Part shown: one piece after another, positions 10,067 through 21,217 of the stretch | How positions within the stretch are numbered: the stretch's first letter is position 1 | Layout: each line of letters starts with the position of its first letter | Source: Pelagibacteraceae bacterium AG-390-C22 | GTDB lineage: Bacteria; Pseudomonadota; Alphaproteobacteria; Pelagibacterales; Pelagibacteraceae | Length of the DNA: 64,000 nt | Reading direction: 5' to 3' | NCBI GenBank assembly: GCA_003278125.1 | Contig: QCGX01000007.1 | Span: 418-64,417, forward strand | Notes under the pieces: model-generated | The model's input: the letters and a program-made list of their open reading frames with translations, nothing else | Told to the model about the DNA's origin: nothing | Databases searched by the model: none | Made by a program: the position numbers and the translations under genes

Positions 10067-12247
10067 ATGAAAATTACTAATCAAGTTGTAGAAAAGCATG
10101 GTCTAAAAATAGAAGAATATTCTAGTATTAAAAAGCTTCTTAAAAGAGAACCTAATTTACTTGAGCTAGGAATTTTTTCTGCTATGTGGAATGAACACTG
10201 CTCCTATAAGTCATCACGAAAACACTTAAAAAATTTACCTACTAAAGGAAAACAAGTTATCCAAGGTCCTGGTGAAAATGCAGGAGTTGTCGATATAGGC
10301 GATAATGATGCTATTGTTTTTAAAATAGAAAGTCATAATCACCCTTCTTATATTGAGCCTTACCAAGGAGCGGCAACGGGTGTTGGTGGAATTCTAAGAG
10401 ATGTGTTTACTATGGGCGCAAGACCTATTGCCCTTTTAAACTCCATACATTTTGGATCACCAAATCATTTTAAAACAAAAAGTTTATTGAACGGAGTTGT
10501 GTCAGGCATTGGAGGGTATGGAAATTGTATTGGAATACCAACAGTTGCTGGAGAAACAAAATTTAATAGCACATATAATGAAAATATTCTTGTCAACGCA
10601 ATGGCTGTAGGTCACGCAAAAAAGGATAAAATTTTTTATTCTAAAGCAAAAGGTCTAAATAAATCTGTGGTTTACGTTGGATCTAAAACAGGTCGTGATG
10701 GTATTCATGGAGCTTCGATGGCCTCCGCAGAGTTTGATGAAAATTCTGAAGAAAAAAAACCTACTGTTCAAGTTGGTGATCCTTTTACAGAAAAATTATT
10801 AATGGAAGCTTGTTTAGAGTTGATGAAAGATAATTCTATTATTTCAATTCAAGATATGGGTGCTGCAGGACTAACTTCCTCAAGTGTTGAAATGGCTTCT
10901 AAGGGTGAATTAGGAATTGAAATTCATCTAGATAAAGTCCCTTGTAGAGAGGAAAACATGACACCTTATGAAATGATGTTATCTGAAAGTCAAGAAAGAA
11001 TGTTAATAATTCTTGAAGATGGAAAAGAAAAACATGCAAGAGAAATATTTAAGAAATGGGATTTGGATTTTGTAGTAATCGGTAAAACAACAGATTCTAA
11101 CAAATTAGTTCTTAAATATAATAATATTATTAAAGGAGAGATTCCAATAAGTGCATTAGCGTCCAAAGCGCCTATTTATGATAGAAAATGGGTTAGAAAA
11201 AAACTAACTAAAAGCAAAGTAGATCTTAAAAAATTAAAAAAGATTAAAATTGAGGAAGCTTTAGTTAAAATCTTATCTTCAGCAAATCATTCAAATAAAA
11301 GATGGATAACAAGTCAGTATGACCAAATGGTTATGTGTGATACTGCTCAAAAATCTGGTTCTGATGCTGCTATTATAAGAATACATGGAAAAGAAAAAGC
11401 TATTGCGGTATCTGTAGATTCGTCTGCGAACTACTGTAAGGCTCACCCAATAAGTGGGGGAAAACAAATTGTTTGTGAAAATTGGCGAAATTTGATTTCT
11501 GTTGGAGCTAAACCTATTGCAATTACTAACTGTTTAAATTTTGGCAATCCTGAGAACCCAGAAGTTATGGGTGAATTTGCTGAATGCTTAATAGGCATTA
11601 AAGAGTCCTGTGAATTCTTAAATTACCCAGTGGTATCAGGAAATGTATCTTTTTATAATGGAACTAACAGAAAAAATATTTCTCCCACTCCAGTAATAGG
11701 TGGAATTGGATTAATAACAAAATTTAAAAAACCAATTAATCATCAATTTAAAAAAAATAATAGTACTATACTTTTAATAGGAAAAACTTTTGGACACTTG
11801 GAACAAAGTTCTTTTCTTGAAGAGATTTACTCAATTTCAGATGGTCAACCTCCAGAAATAAATTTAGTTAATGAGAAAAACAATGGAGAAAGCATTCTAG
11901 AAATAATAAAAAATAATTTAGTAAGTTCAGTCCATGATGTGTCAAGTGGAGGCTTAATTGTGACTCTAGCAGAGATGAGCATGGGGTCAAATTATGGTGC
12001 TAAAATCATCAAGCCAAAAAAATTAACAAATCTATTCAATTATTTTTTTGGTGAAGATCAGAGTAGATATATTTTGGAAATTGAAAAAGGTAATTTAGAA
12101 AAGGTTGAAAAAATATTAAAAAATAACAATATATTCTATGAAAATATAGGGTCTACACAAAAAGATTATTTTGAGATTCAAGGAGAATTAAAAATTAATA
12201 TTAATGCATTATATAAAATTAACAATCAATGGTACAATAACTATTAA
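10067..12247 (+). CDS. purL: FGAM synthase large subunit
   Basis: [17 protein letters not shown] and [12 protein letters not shown] motifs. 726 aa small-type PurL. Confidence 0.95.
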   Translation: MKITNQVVEKHGLKIEEYSSIKKLLKREPNLLELGIFSAMWNEHCSYKSSRKHLKNLPTKGKQVIQGPGENAGVVDIGDNDAIVFKIESHNHPSYIEPYQGAATGVGGILRDVFTMGARPIALLNSIHFGSPNHFKTKSLLNGVVSGIGGYGNCIGIPTVAGETKFNSTYNENILVNAMAVGHAKKDKIFYSKAKGLNKSVVYVGSKTGRDGIHGASMASAEFDENSEEKKPTVQVGDPFTEKLLMEACLELMKDNSIISIQDMGAAGLTSSSVEMASKGELGIEIHLDKVPCREENMTPYEMMLSESQERMLIILEDGKEKHAREIFKKWDLDFVVIGKTTDSNKLVLKYNNIIKGEIPISALASKAPIYDRKWVRKKLTKSKVDLKKLKKIKIEEALVKILSSANHSNKRWITSQYDQMVMCDTAQKSGSDAAIIRIHGKEKAIAVSVDSSANYCKAHPISGGKQIVCENWRNLISVGAKPIAITNCLNFGNPENPEVMGEFAECLIGIKESCEFLNYPVVSGNVSFYNGTNRKNISPTPVIGGIGLITKFKKPINHQFKKNNSTILLIGKTFGHLEQSSFLEEIYSISDGQPPEINLVNEKNNGESILEIIKNNLVSSVHDVSSGGLIVTLAEMSMGSNYGAKIIKPKKLTNLFNYFFGEDQSRYILEIEKGNLEKVEKILKNNNIFYENIGSTQKDYFEIQGELKININALYKINNQWYNNY

Positions 12248-12477
12248 TGGCTTTACCAATAGAAGAGATTAAAAAACTTATAATTTCATCAATCCCTGAT
12301 GCATCTATAGAAATTAAAGATCTCATGGGTGACAATAATCATTATTCAGCTATTATAAAATCTAAAATGTTCAATGGTTTAAGTAGAATTGAACAGCATA
12401 AACTAGTATATAAATCTTTAAAAGGTAAAATGGGAAATGAATTACATGCTTTATCAATTACTACAGAGGGGAAATAA
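12247..12477 (+). CDS. BolA family protein
   Basis: 76 aa with the BolA-like pattern (NHYSAIIKSKMFNGLSRIEQHKLVY). TAATG overlaps on both sides. Paired with a monothiol glutaredoxin. Confidence 0.85.
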   Translation: MALPIEEIKKLIISSIPDASIEIKDLMGDNNHYSAIIKSKMFNGLSRIEQHKLVYKSLKGKMGNELHALSITTEGK

Positions 12478-12794
12478 TGGAAATTAAAGAAAAAATTAAA
12501 AATTTAATAGACACTAATGAAGTTTGTTTGTTTATGAAAGGTACTCCTGAGTCACCTCAATGTGGATTCTCTATGGCAGTTTCAAATGTGCTTAAACATT
12601 TAAAAGTAAACTTTAAAGGTGTTAATGTATTAGAAGATGAAAATTTAAGGCAAGGAATAAAAGAATTTAGTGATTGGCCTACTATACCACAATTATATAT
12701 TAAAAGTGAATTCATTGGTGGTTGCGACATAGTAAAAGAGATGTTCGAAAAGGGAGAGCTTAAAACTAAACTTGAGGAAAAAAAAATTATCTAA
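12477..12794 (+). CDS. grxD: Monothiol glutaredoxin (Grx4 type)
   Basis: CGFS active site (PQCGFS), WPTIPQLYI and GGCDI. Confidence 0.9.
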   Translation: MEIKEKIKNLIDTNEVCLFMKGTPESPQCGFSMAVSNVLKHLKVNFKGVNVLEDENLRQGIKEFSDWPTIPQLYIKSEFIGGCDIVKEMFEKGELKTKLEEKKII

Positions 12795-13055
12795 GTGCGA
12801 GAGTATATTTATAAAATTTTAATATTTGTTGTTGCTATCATCGTAGTTTTTGAATTTACAGTAGGCAAGCAAATTTCTCAAATAAATGAAAAAGTAAATT
12901 ACTTCACTTCATCTGATGGCAGAAAACAGATGATAACATCATTAAAAGAGGAAATAAAAAAAGCAAATGAAAAAGAAAATTATTTAGATGAGGATGAAAG
13001 AGTATTAATTAGAGATTTCATTCTCAAAATTAGAAAAGAACTAGAACTGGATTAA
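12795..13055 (+). CDS. Small hypothetical membrane-anchored protein
   Basis: GTG start directly after the grxD stop. One N-terminal TM helix plus a charged coiled tail. No recognisable homology. Confidence 0.4.
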   Translation: MREYIYKILIFVVAIIVVFEFTVGKQISQINEKVNYFTSSDGRKQMITSLKEEIKKANEKENYLDEDERVLIRDFILKIRKELELD

Positions 13056-14632
13056 TCGCATTTAAAAACCCTAGCCATAATTAAACTTTCTTTAGAAAAA
13101 TTAATATTTATTTTTTCATTATGAATATTCTTACAATTGTTAGGTAATCCTTTGTTTATGCCTCTCTCCATTAATGCTACGTAAAAAGGCCTAGCTTTTT
13201 TTTTGTGTAAATCCTGAAAAGGTAGAAAACAATTATCTTTATTTTGAATAAAATCTTTAATTCCTCGATTTCTATTAGAGATAATACACTCATTTGATTT
13301 TATATTTTTTTTGTTAAAAAAATTTGCAATCTTTTTTGAGGAAACTCCCCAATAATCTAATTCAAATTTATTATTCACTTGTGTAAAATGTGTAAGATTA
13401 TTCAACCATACATAGTTATACGGATAAATTTTTATATTTTGAAATATAAAAAATATTATAAAAACTCCTATAAAAGAATAAGAAATTTTCTTTGGTAAAA
13501 TAAATATAGATGCCATTGAAATAATAAAAATTAAAGGAATAAGAAACATTACTTGTCTTATCTCGTCATATAAATTCACATTAAATAAAATTAATAAAAG
13601 AATTATCAACAAAGTTGAGCTCAGTGTTGAGGTGATAATAATTCCATTTAGTGAAGGTGAAAAAAAAGATTTTTCATTTAATATTAAATAGAAAAGACCA
13701 AAAAGAATAAGAATTGGTAGTTTAAAAAATAACCAAATAGGCAAATAAGATGATGGTAAATTTTGTGCTTTCATACATTCGCCCAGAGTAACTGTGCAAA
13801 CTGTTTGTAAATGTTGACTCATCATTATAATTCCGTTTATTACCTCCAATGGATTGCTCCAATAAGATGGGCTAAAAAAATAAAATAGGCTCAAAGTTAA
13901 AAGAAAAAATAAGATTATTTTTTTATAAAATAATTTAAAAAAAACAAAATAATCAAACTTAGAAATATTTATTGTTAAAATAAAAAATATTAAATACTCT
14001 ATAAAAATCAAAATACCTGTAATTCTAATAGACAACAAATAAGCACTCAAAATCCCTAAAATAATAAAATACTTATTTTTGATTTTTTTTTCTTTATAAA
14101 AACTTTTAGCAATAATAATAATATAATATGTACAAATTAGCCAAACAGATAAAAAAGGGATATCTTTAATATTAAAAAAACTATGTCCCAATAGGTAAGG
14201 ATAGATTAGATATAAAACAGTACACAAAGATGAGTAATCTTTATTACTAGTAATAATAAAAATAATTTTTCTAAAATAAATGCCTGATAATGCAAAAAAA
14301 ATAAAAACTGAAGGGTGTTTTATTAATATTGATTGTGACTCTATAGATACATGCTTCAAAGTAAAAAATAAATTTAAAATATAATCTATTGGTAATGATA
14401 AAAGATGAAAACCTGAGCCGTAGTGTAAATTAAGTCCTTCGAGTGGTTTTAATTGGTAATTTGTACTAAAAAAAATATCTAGAATTTTTTTCTTATTAGC
14501 CTCTCCTACAAAAAAATTGTGATACTCATCATGGGTGATCCCAACGTTTAAAGACAAAAAAATTCCACAAATACTATAAAAGTATAGAAAATAGTAAAAA
14601 TAATTTTTTTTAATATTTAAAATTTGACTCAC
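13052..14632 (-). CDS. GT-C fold membrane glycosyltransferase-like protein (PMT/ArnT-like)
   Basis: 526 aa polytopic protein. The first extracytoplasmic loop after TM1 carries ITHDEYHNFF, resembling the essential DE motif (FDEVHF / DExRY) of GT39/GT83 polyprenol-P-sugar-dependent transferases. Confidence 0.55.
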   Translation of the reverse strand: MSQILNIKKNYFYYFLYFYSICGIFLSLNVGITHDEYHNFFVGEANKKKILDIFFSTNYQLKPLEGLNLHYGSGFHLLSLPIDYILNLFFTLKHVSIESQSILIKHPSVFIFFALSGIYFRKIIFIITSNKDYSSLCTVLYLIYPYLLGHSFFNIKDIPFLSVWLICTYYIIIIAKSFYKEKKIKNKYFIILGILSAYLLSIRITGILIFIEYLIFFILTINISKFDYFVFFKLFYKKIILFFLLTLSLFYFFSPSYWSNPLEVINGIIMMSQHLQTVCTVTLGECMKAQNLPSSYLPIWLFFKLPILILFGLFYLILNEKSFFSPSLNGIIITSTLSSTLLIILLLILFNVNLYDEIRQVMFLIPLIFIISMASIFILPKKISYSFIGVFIIFFIFQNIKIYPYNYVWLNNLTHFTQVNNKFELDYWGVSSKKIANFFNKKNIKSNECIISNRNRGIKDFIQNKDNCFLPFQDLHKKKARPFYVALMERGINKGLPNNCKNIHNEKININFSKESLIMARVFKCD

Positions 14633-14669
14633 TTATTGATTATATACGAAAAGAATTTCTTTTAATATT

Positions 14670-15287
14670 TTATCTAGAATAATATTCTATAACAAGATTT
14701 GGTTCCATTATAACAGGATAAGGCACTTCTGAGAATTTTGGAATTCTTACAAGCTTTGCGGTCTTATTTTTATCATCCAATTGAATATACTCCGGCACTT
14801 CTCTTTCTTTGCTTTGAAGAGCGCCATCTATAAAAGTTAGTTTTTTAGATTTTTCTCTAACTTCAATTAAATCAGTATCTTTTACTAAATAACTTGAAAT
14901 ATTAACTTTTTTTTTATTAACTCTAATATGACCATGATTAATCATTTGCCGAGCAGAAAAAACAGTTGTAGCGAACTTGGCTCTGTAAATTACTGTGTCT
15001 AACCTACTTTCAAGCAATGCAACTAAATTCTCAGTGGTGTCACCTTTCTTTGCTAGAGCTTTTCTATAAATATTTCTGAATTGTCTCTCATTTATATTTC
15101 CGTAATAAGCTTTGAGTTTTTGTTTAGCTTGTAATTGAATTCCATAATCTGTTGGTTTCCCTTTTTTACTTTGTCCGTGCTGCCCTGGAGGGTATGCTCT
15201 TGAGTTGAAAGGGCTCTTTGGTCTGCCCCATAGATTTGCTTTTAACCTACGATCAACTTTATGTTTAGATTTAAGTCTTTTTGTCAT
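14670..15287 (-). CDS. rpsD: 30S ribosomal protein S4
   Basis: [31 protein letters not shown] and the S4 RNA-binding domain [11 protein letters not shown]. Confidence 0.97.
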   Translation of the reverse strand: MTKRLKSKHKVDRRLKANLWGRPKSPFNSRAYPPGQHGQSKKGKPTDYGIQLQAKQKLKAYYGNINERQFRNIYRKALAKKGDTTENLVALLESRLDTVIYRAKFATTVFSARQMINHGHIRVNKKKVNISSYLVKDTDLIEVREKSKKLTFIDGALQSKEREVPEYIQLDDKNKTAKLVRIPKFSEVPYPVIMEPNLVIEYYSR

Positions 15288-15327
15288 ATTTAAATGATGA
15301 GTGTTTATAAGGTTTCAGGGGGTATTG

Positions 15328-16056
15328 TCAATTATGGTTAATATTTTTTTTGCTTAAAGAACTAATAATACTGGCTAAAATCCTTAATTCTTTGTCGTTA
15401 GGTTCTAATCTATAAATTAGATTGTTAATATTCATTAACATAGAGTGTTTTTTTTCGGGAGGTATAAAAAAACCTTTTTTTTCAAGCAATCCTTTAAGAT
15501 GAGATAGAAGAGATGAAATTTTATTTTTAGAAGAAATTTTAATATTTTTACTACCTTTTTTAAATTGCTTCAAATTCATAACTTTAAAAAGTTCGTAACA
15601 TATTATTGTTAGAGAATGTGACAAGTTTAATGATTTAAATTTTTTTGAAGTTGGAATCTTTAGTACAAAATTTGAAAAAGATAAATCTTCATTTGATAAA
15701 CCAGACGCTTCGGGACCAAACATTAGTCCAAATCGAGTATTAGTTTTAAATTTCATCATTTTTAAAAATTGGTTGATAGAAATATGTTTTTTATTGATGT
15801 CTCTTTTTCTTGCACTTAATGATATAACTATATCAAAATCACTTATCGCATCAGACGTATTATCAAAAATTTTAGCTTTTTTAATAATATCATATGCTCC
15901 AACAGAGGTAGCTTTCGTTTTATTATTGGGCCAAGATTGTTTTGGTGAAATTATATGAAGTTTTGAAAATCCAAAATTTTTTAAAGATCTTGCGCAAGCT
16001 CCAATATTCTCACCAATTTGTGGCTTAACTAAAATGAAACCAATCTTATTTTTCAT
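15328..16056 (-). CDS. SpoU/TrmH-family RNA 2'-O-methyltransferase (TrmJ-like)
   Basis: LVKPQIGENIGACARSLKNFGF, FGPEASGLSNED and LNLSHSL motifs of the SPOUT class. Confidence 0.8.
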   Translation of the reverse strand: MKNKIGFILVKPQIGENIGACARSLKNFGFSKLHIISPKQSWPNNKTKATSVGAYDIIKKAKIFDNTSDAISDFDIVISLSARKRDINKKHISINQFLKMMKFKTNTRFGLMFGPEASGLSNEDLSFSNFVLKIPTSKKFKSLNLSHSLTIICYELFKVMNLKQFKKGSKNIKISSKNKISSLLSHLKGLLEKKGFFIPPEKKHSMLMNINNLIYRLEPNDKELRILASIISSLSKKNINHN

Positions 16057-17650
16057 TTAGATTAGCTGGGGCTTTTTCCTTGTATAGCTTATAGTCTAAA
16101 CTATCTATTAACGCTTTAAATGAGGCTTCAATAATGTTTGGAGAAACTCCAACAGTAAACCAACTCATTCCTGTTTTATCTGTGCTTTCTATTAAAACTC
16201 TAGTAGTTGCTTCTGTTCCAGTATTTAAAATTCTTACTTTATAGTCTAATAATTTTAAATCAGAAAAAAAATTATAATATTTTTCAACTTTTTTAAAATT
16301 TGATCTGATTGCATTATCTAACGCGTTAACTGGACCATTCCCTTCACCGTTACATTCAATATTTTTTCCATCAATTAAAAAAACAACATTTGCTTTGGTC
16401 TTAATTGTATCTGATTTAGCAACACTGACATTATAACTTTTAACTTTAAGATATTCAGGGACTTTCCCTAAAAGTCTATTAGCTAGAAGTTCAAAGGAAG
16501 CGTCTGCTCCATCATAAGAATATCCACTAAATTCCCTATCCTTTACTTCATCTAAAATTTTTTGGACTTTAGGATCTTGTGAGTCTATTTTTACTCCATA
16601 TTTTTCTAATCTAGATAAAATATTTGATCTTCCAGCTTGATTAGAGACGATAATGTTTCTGTGATTTCCTACCATTTTAGGATCGACATGCTCATAAGTC
16701 TTAGGATCTTTTTTTACTGCTGAAACGTGCAAACCACCTTTGTGTGAAAAAGCAGAGGCTCCAACATAAGCCATATTTTTATTTGGCTTTCTATTCAGAA
16801 TTTCGTCTAAAAGTCTTGAGCATTCTGTTAACGAAGATAACTTTTCTTTTTTAATCCCAACATCAAACTTATCTTTAAATGATTTTTTTAAACATAATGT
16901 AGGAATTATTGACATTAAATTGGCATTACCACATCTTTCCCCTAAACCATTTATGGTGCCTTGAATGTGTCTTGCGCCAGCCTCAACAGCTGCCAAAGAA
17001 TTTGCTACTGCATTTTCTGTATCATTGTGAGCATGAATACCAAGATTTTTCCCTGGAATTTCTTTTGATACTTTAGATACAATTTCTTTTATCTCGTTTG
17101 GCAAAGTTCCTCCATTGGTATCACAAAGAACCAACCACCTAGCTCCAGAGTCGTATGCTTGTTTTAAACAACTTAATGCATAATTTGGATTAGCTTTATA
17201 TCCATCAAAAAAATGTTCGGCATCAAATAAAAATTCTTTTTTATTTCTAACAAAGTGTTTAGCTGTTTCCTTAATATTTTCCAAATTTTCTTCGTTTTTA
17301 ATGCCTAGTGCTACTTTCACATGAAAATCCCATGTCTTTCCAACAACACATACTGCTGGAGAATTTGCGTTCATTAAAGATGCTAAGCCCGGATCATTAT
17401 CAGCGCTTCTGCCTGTCTTTTTTGTCATACCAAAAGCAGTAAAAATACTTTTTTTTAACTGAGGGGGGTTAGAAAAAAATTTAGTATCATTAGGATTGGC
17501 TCCAGGCCAGCCTCCTTCAATATAATCTACACCGATATCCGATAAAACATTCGCAATTTTATTTTTATCTTCTATGGAAAAATCTACACCCTCAGTTTGA
17601 GCTCCATCTCTAAGAGTAGTATCAAATATATAAATTTTTTCTTTGTTCAT
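16046..17650 (-). CDS. cimA: (R)-citramalate synthase / 2-isopropylmalate synthase family
   Basis: IFDTTLRDGAQTEGV, HAHNDTENAVANSLAAV, and a C-terminal LeuA-dimer-type regulatory domain. I prefer ATG 17650 (ATGA overlap with the cysS stop) over the track's TTG at 17662. Confidence 0.85.
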   Translation of the reverse strand: MNKEKIYIFDTTLRDGAQTEGVDFSIEDKNKIANVLSDIGVDYIEGGWPGANPNDTKFFSNPPQLKKSIFTAFGMTKKTGRSADNDPGLASLMNANSPAVCVVGKTWDFHVKVALGIKNEENLENIKETAKHFVRNKKEFLFDAEHFFDGYKANPNYALSCLKQAYDSGARWLVLCDTNGGTLPNEIKEIVSKVSKEIPGKNLGIHAHNDTENAVANSLAAVEAGARHIQGTINGLGERCGNANLMSIIPTLCLKKSFKDKFDVGIKKEKLSSLTECSRLLDEILNRKPNKNMAYVGASAFSHKGGLHVSAVKKDPKTYEHVDPKMVGNHRNIIVSNQAGRSNILSRLEKYGVKIDSQDPKVQKILDEVKDREFSGYSYDGADASFELLANRLLGKVPEYLKVKSYNVSVAKSDTIKTKANVVFLIDGKNIECNGEGNGPVNALDNAIRSNFKKVEKYYNFFSDLKLLDYKVRILNTGTEATTRVLIESTDKTGMSWFTVGVSPNIIEASFKALIDSLDYKLYKEKAPANLNEK

Positions 17651-18997
17651 TTTAATTTCCAAACTGTTTTATCTTTTTGATCTTCTATTAGAATACCTTT
17701 ATCCAATAAATCCTTTCTTATTTGATCTGCTAAAGTAAAATTTTTATCTTTTTTTGCTTTAGTTCTCTCAGTTATTTTCTTTAGGATATAATCCTCTGAA
17801 ACTTTAATATTAGACTTCTTTATATTTTCCCATTTTTCTTTACTAGTATTAAATAAGCCTATTAATTTACAAGCATTATTAAATAATGATTTGCTTTTTT
17901 TATCTCCGTTGTTAGCATTATTATATAGTTCATGTATTTTAGCTATAAAACCTGGTGTATTTAAATCATCTAATAATGTTTCTGAAATATCTAAAATATC
18001 TTCATCTTTTGTTTCTTCGTAAAGATTGTACCATTTATCAATTGTATTCTTTTGATTTTGTAAAAGTTCATCATTCCAATCTAAAGGCTGACTATAATGA
18101 GCACTTAATAAAGCTAATCTTACAACTTCCCCTGAATATTTTTTCACGGCTTGAGAAATTGTAATTATATTACCTAAAGATTTAGACATCTTTTCATTAT
18201 TAAATGTAACAAATCCATTATGAACCCAATAATTTGCAAAACTATCGCTAGAATTGTTGCTACAGGACTGAGCAATTTCATTTTCATGATGAGGAAAAAT
18301 TAAATCTAAACCTCCGCCATGAATATCAAAATTTTTTCCTAGGTATTTTTCACTCATAACTGAACATTCTAAATGCCAGCCAGGTCTACCTCTTCCCCAC
18401 GGTGAATCCCATCCTGGATCGTCATTATCGGAGGGTTTCCATAAAACAAAATCCATTGGGTTTTTTTTTAAGATCTGAAACTTCTACTCTACTTCCGGCT
18501 TTTAATTCCTCTAAATTTTTGTTTGATAATTTTCCGTAATTTTTAAATGAATTTACTGAAAAATACACGTGACCTTTATTTTCATAAGCAAAACCCTTAG
18601 AAATTAAAGAGGAAGACATTTCTATCATTTCTTTAATGTGCTCAGTGGCTTTAGGTTCTACAGTAGGTTTCAAACAATTTAAACTTTTACAATTTTCATG
18701 AAAAACTTTTGTAACATCGCTTGTGATTTCGTTGATATCTTTTTTATTTCTTTTAGAAGCTTCAATTATTTTATCATCAACATCAGTTATATTTCTTACA
18801 TAGTTTACATTTGGGCCATATATTGCTTTCAACACTCTAAACAAAACATCAAATACCACAAGACTACGAGCATTACCTACATGAGGGTTATCATAAACTG
18901 TGGGACCACAAGCATATAAAGAAACCTTATTTGGGTTAATGGGTTTAAAAACTTCCTTTTTTCTTGATAAAGAATTAGTTAGTTGGAGACTACTCAT
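17647..18997 (-). CDS. cysS: Cysteine--tRNA ligase, reading frame interrupted by one extra A in an A9 run (two ORFs: 18425..18997 and 17647..18456)
   Basis: The N-terminal ORF has YACGPTVYDNPHVGNAR (HIGH). The C-terminal ORF has MDFVLWKPS, GRPGWHLECS and KMSKS. Deleting one A restores ...LKKNPMDFVLWK... Confidence 0.9.
18461..18469 (-). other. A9 homopolymer (T9 on + strand) at the cysS frame break; candidate slippage site or sequencing-error site
   Basis: Minus strand reads CTT AAA AAA AAA CCC AAT GGA. Frame 0 stops 13 codons later, and the continuing CysS frame is +1. Confidence 0.85.
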
Positions 18998-19727
18998 TAA
19001 ATTTGCAAACTGGTATTGGATTCATTTTGTGTAAATTTTTTTCTCTTATTTCTAAATATTTTTTATAATTAGGATCATTTTTATTTTCCATAGCTTTTTC
19101 AAGATCCTCATAGCTCATTCCAAGTTGCTGAACATCGTTCCTTCCATCATCCCACAAACCGTCTGTTGGAGGAGTATTTATTATATCATCTGATATACCA
19201 AGATGTCTTCCGAGTTCCCAAACTTGTGTTTTAGTACAATCAGCTATTGGAGAAATATCAACTCCTCCATCACCGTATTTAGTATAAAAACCGACGCCAA
19301 AATCTTCAACTTTATTTCCTGTCCCCACAACTATTCCATTGTTAGCAGCAGCTACTTGATACAAAGTCGCCATTCTCAATCTTGCTCTAGAATTTGCATA
19401 TCCATGTTCATTGTCAAATTTATTTAAAACTTGAGAAAAGGAGTTAAAAATTTTATCCATTTCTATTAAATGGTGTTCAACATTTTTGTATTTTTCTTTT
19501 AACCATTTAGCGTGAGATATGCTTAAGTCATGTTGAGATTTTATTTGCTTGATTGGCATCGTTAACACAATTGTTTTACGTCCAGTATTTGCACATAATG
19601 TACTAACTACAGAAGAGTCGATTCCTCCAGAAATTCCAACAATTAAAGTCTTTGGTTTATAAGATTGAGAATCACAATAATTATTGATCCAATCTGAGAT
19701 AATTTTTGCTCTTTTTTTTACATCCAT
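18990..19727 (-). CDS. nadE: NH3-dependent NAD+ synthetase
   Basis: PP-loop GISGGIDSSVV. 245 aa with no glutaminase domain. Confidence 0.9.
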   Translation of the reverse strand: MDVKKRAKIISDWINNYCDSQSYKPKTLIVGISGGIDSSVVSTLCANTGRKTIVLTMPIKQIKSQHDLSISHAKWLKEKYKNVEHHLIEMDKIFNSFSQVLNKFDNEHGYANSRARLRMATLYQVAAANNGIVVGTGNKVEDFGVGFYTKYGDGGVDISPIADCTKTQVWELGRHLGISDDIINTPPTDGLWDDGRNDVQQLGMSYEDLEKAMENKNDPNYKKYLEIREKNLHKMNPIPVCKFNE

Positions 19728-19779
19728 AACTAGTATCTACCTCTCTTTTAAGGTCTGCTCTTAATAATTTCAATAATTA

Positions 19780-21162
19780 TTAAGACGCTGCTTTAATAAT
19801 ATTTTTTGAATATTTAGAATTTTTCTTTATTTCTTCAGAAATTAAGAAAGCTAGCTCTAAAGCTTGTGATGCGTTTAATCTAGGATCACAATGAGTTCTA
19901 TATCTATTGGATAAATCGCTATCCGATATTTTTTGAGCTCCGCCAGTACATTCTGTGACATCTTGGCCAGTCATTTCAACATGTAAACCTCCTGCATAAG
20001 TGCCTTCGGCTTGATGGATGCCAAATACATTTTTTACTTCTTTTAAGACATTATCAAAAGGTCTTGTTTTCAATCCACTAGTTGCTTTTATAGTGTTGCC
20101 GTGCATTGGGTCACATGACCAAATTACATTTAATCCTTCTTTTTTAACTGCTTTAATTAATTTTGGCAAAAACTCTTCGGCTTTGTTTGCTCCAAATCTA
20201 GAAATTAAAGTAAGTCTTCCAGCTTCATTATCAGGATTTAAAATATTACAAAGTTTTATTAGTTCATCAGGCTTAAGAGATGGTCCGCATTTTAACCCTA
20301 TAGGATTTTTAATACCTCTACAAAATTCAACATGTGCTCCATCTGGTTGTCTTGTTCTATCTCCAATCCAAACAAAATGTGCAGATGTATCGTGATATTC
20401 TCCAGTTGTTGAGTCAACTCTTGTCATGGCCTCTTCAAAAGGAAGTAAAAGGGCTTCGTGTGATGTATAAAAATTAACTGTTCTTAATCTTCTATTATTT
20501 TCAGGAGTTATTCCACAAGCTTCCATAAAAGATAAGGCATCACTAATCTTATCTTCTATCTCTTTATATTTCCCTTTTGTTTTTTTGTTAATAAAACCTA
20601 AGTTCCACAAATGCACCTGTCTTAAATCTGCAAATCCTCCTTGTGAAAATGCTCTAATTAAATTTAGTGTAGATGCTGACTGAGCATAAGCTCTAAATAA
20701 TCTTTTTGCATCTGGAATTCTTGCTTTTTCAGAAAATTCCATTCCATTAATATTATCACCTAAATAACTAGGTAGCTCTTTACCATCTTTTTTTTCGACC
20801 GGAGAGCTTCTTGGTTTTGAAAATTGACCAGCAATTCTTCCGACTTTAATTACTGGCATTGATGCTGAATGAGTCAAAACTAGAGACATTTGAAGAATAG
20901 CTTTAAATGTATCTCTTATATTATCAGGATTAAACTCTTCGAAACTTTCAGCACAATCTCCTCCTTGTAATAAGAAAGCTTTACCCTTAACAACTTCTGC
21001 TAAAGATTTTTTCAAAGATCTTGTTTCTCCGGCAAAAACTAATGGTGGATATTTTTTTACTTTACTTAATACTAAATCCAATTCTTTTTTATCCTGATAT
21101 TCAGGTAAGTGTTTTGCAGGATATTTAGTCCAACTATTTAAATTCCATTTTTTCATATTCAA
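19780..21162 (-). CDS. 3-deoxy-7-phosphoheptulonate (DAHP) synthase, class II (plant-like)
   Basis: 460 aa with W..NSW...PA.HLPEY at the N-terminus, GRIAGQFSKPRS and WIGDRTRQPDGAHVEF, typical of class II DAHPS. Confidence 0.9.
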   Translation of the reverse strand: MNMKKWNLNSWTKYPAKHLPEYQDKKELDLVLSKVKKYPPLVFAGETRSLKKSLAEVVKGKAFLLQGGDCAESFEEFNPDNIRDTFKAILQMSLVLTHSASMPVIKVGRIAGQFSKPRSSPVEKKDGKELPSYLGDNINGMEFSEKARIPDAKRLFRAYAQSASTLNLIRAFSQGGFADLRQVHLWNLGFINKKTKGKYKEIEDKISDALSFMEACGITPENNRRLRTVNFYTSHEALLLPFEEAMTRVDSTTGEYHDTSAHFVWIGDRTRQPDGAHVEFCRGIKNPIGLKCGPSLKPDELIKLCNILNPDNEAGRLTLISRFGANKAEEFLPKLIKAVKKEGLNVIWSCDPMHGNTIKATSGLKTRPFDNVLKEVKNVFGIHQAEGTYAGGLHVEMTGQDVTECTGGAQKISDSDLSNRYRTHCDPRLNASQALELAFLISEEIKKNSKYSKNIIKAAS

Positions 21163-21217
21163 CCTGAGATATATATAAGTTATAAAAAAGACTTTTTAAA
21201 GACTTTTAAAAAAAAAA

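Noticed and set aside
17650-17662. The TTG start at 17662 for cimA and the GTG start at 37819 for nrdB, as given by the ORF track.
   Set aside because: Downstream ATGs fit better. ATG 17650 forms an ATGA overlap with the cysS stop. ATG 37810 sits 8 nt after GAGGAG. The difference is only 3-4 codons either way.
20018-20395. A 125 aa + strand ORF, the longest of the shadow ORFs.
   Set aside because: It lies entirely antisense to the conserved core of the class II DAHP synthase. It has no recognisable domain and no upstream spacer for a promoter or RBS.
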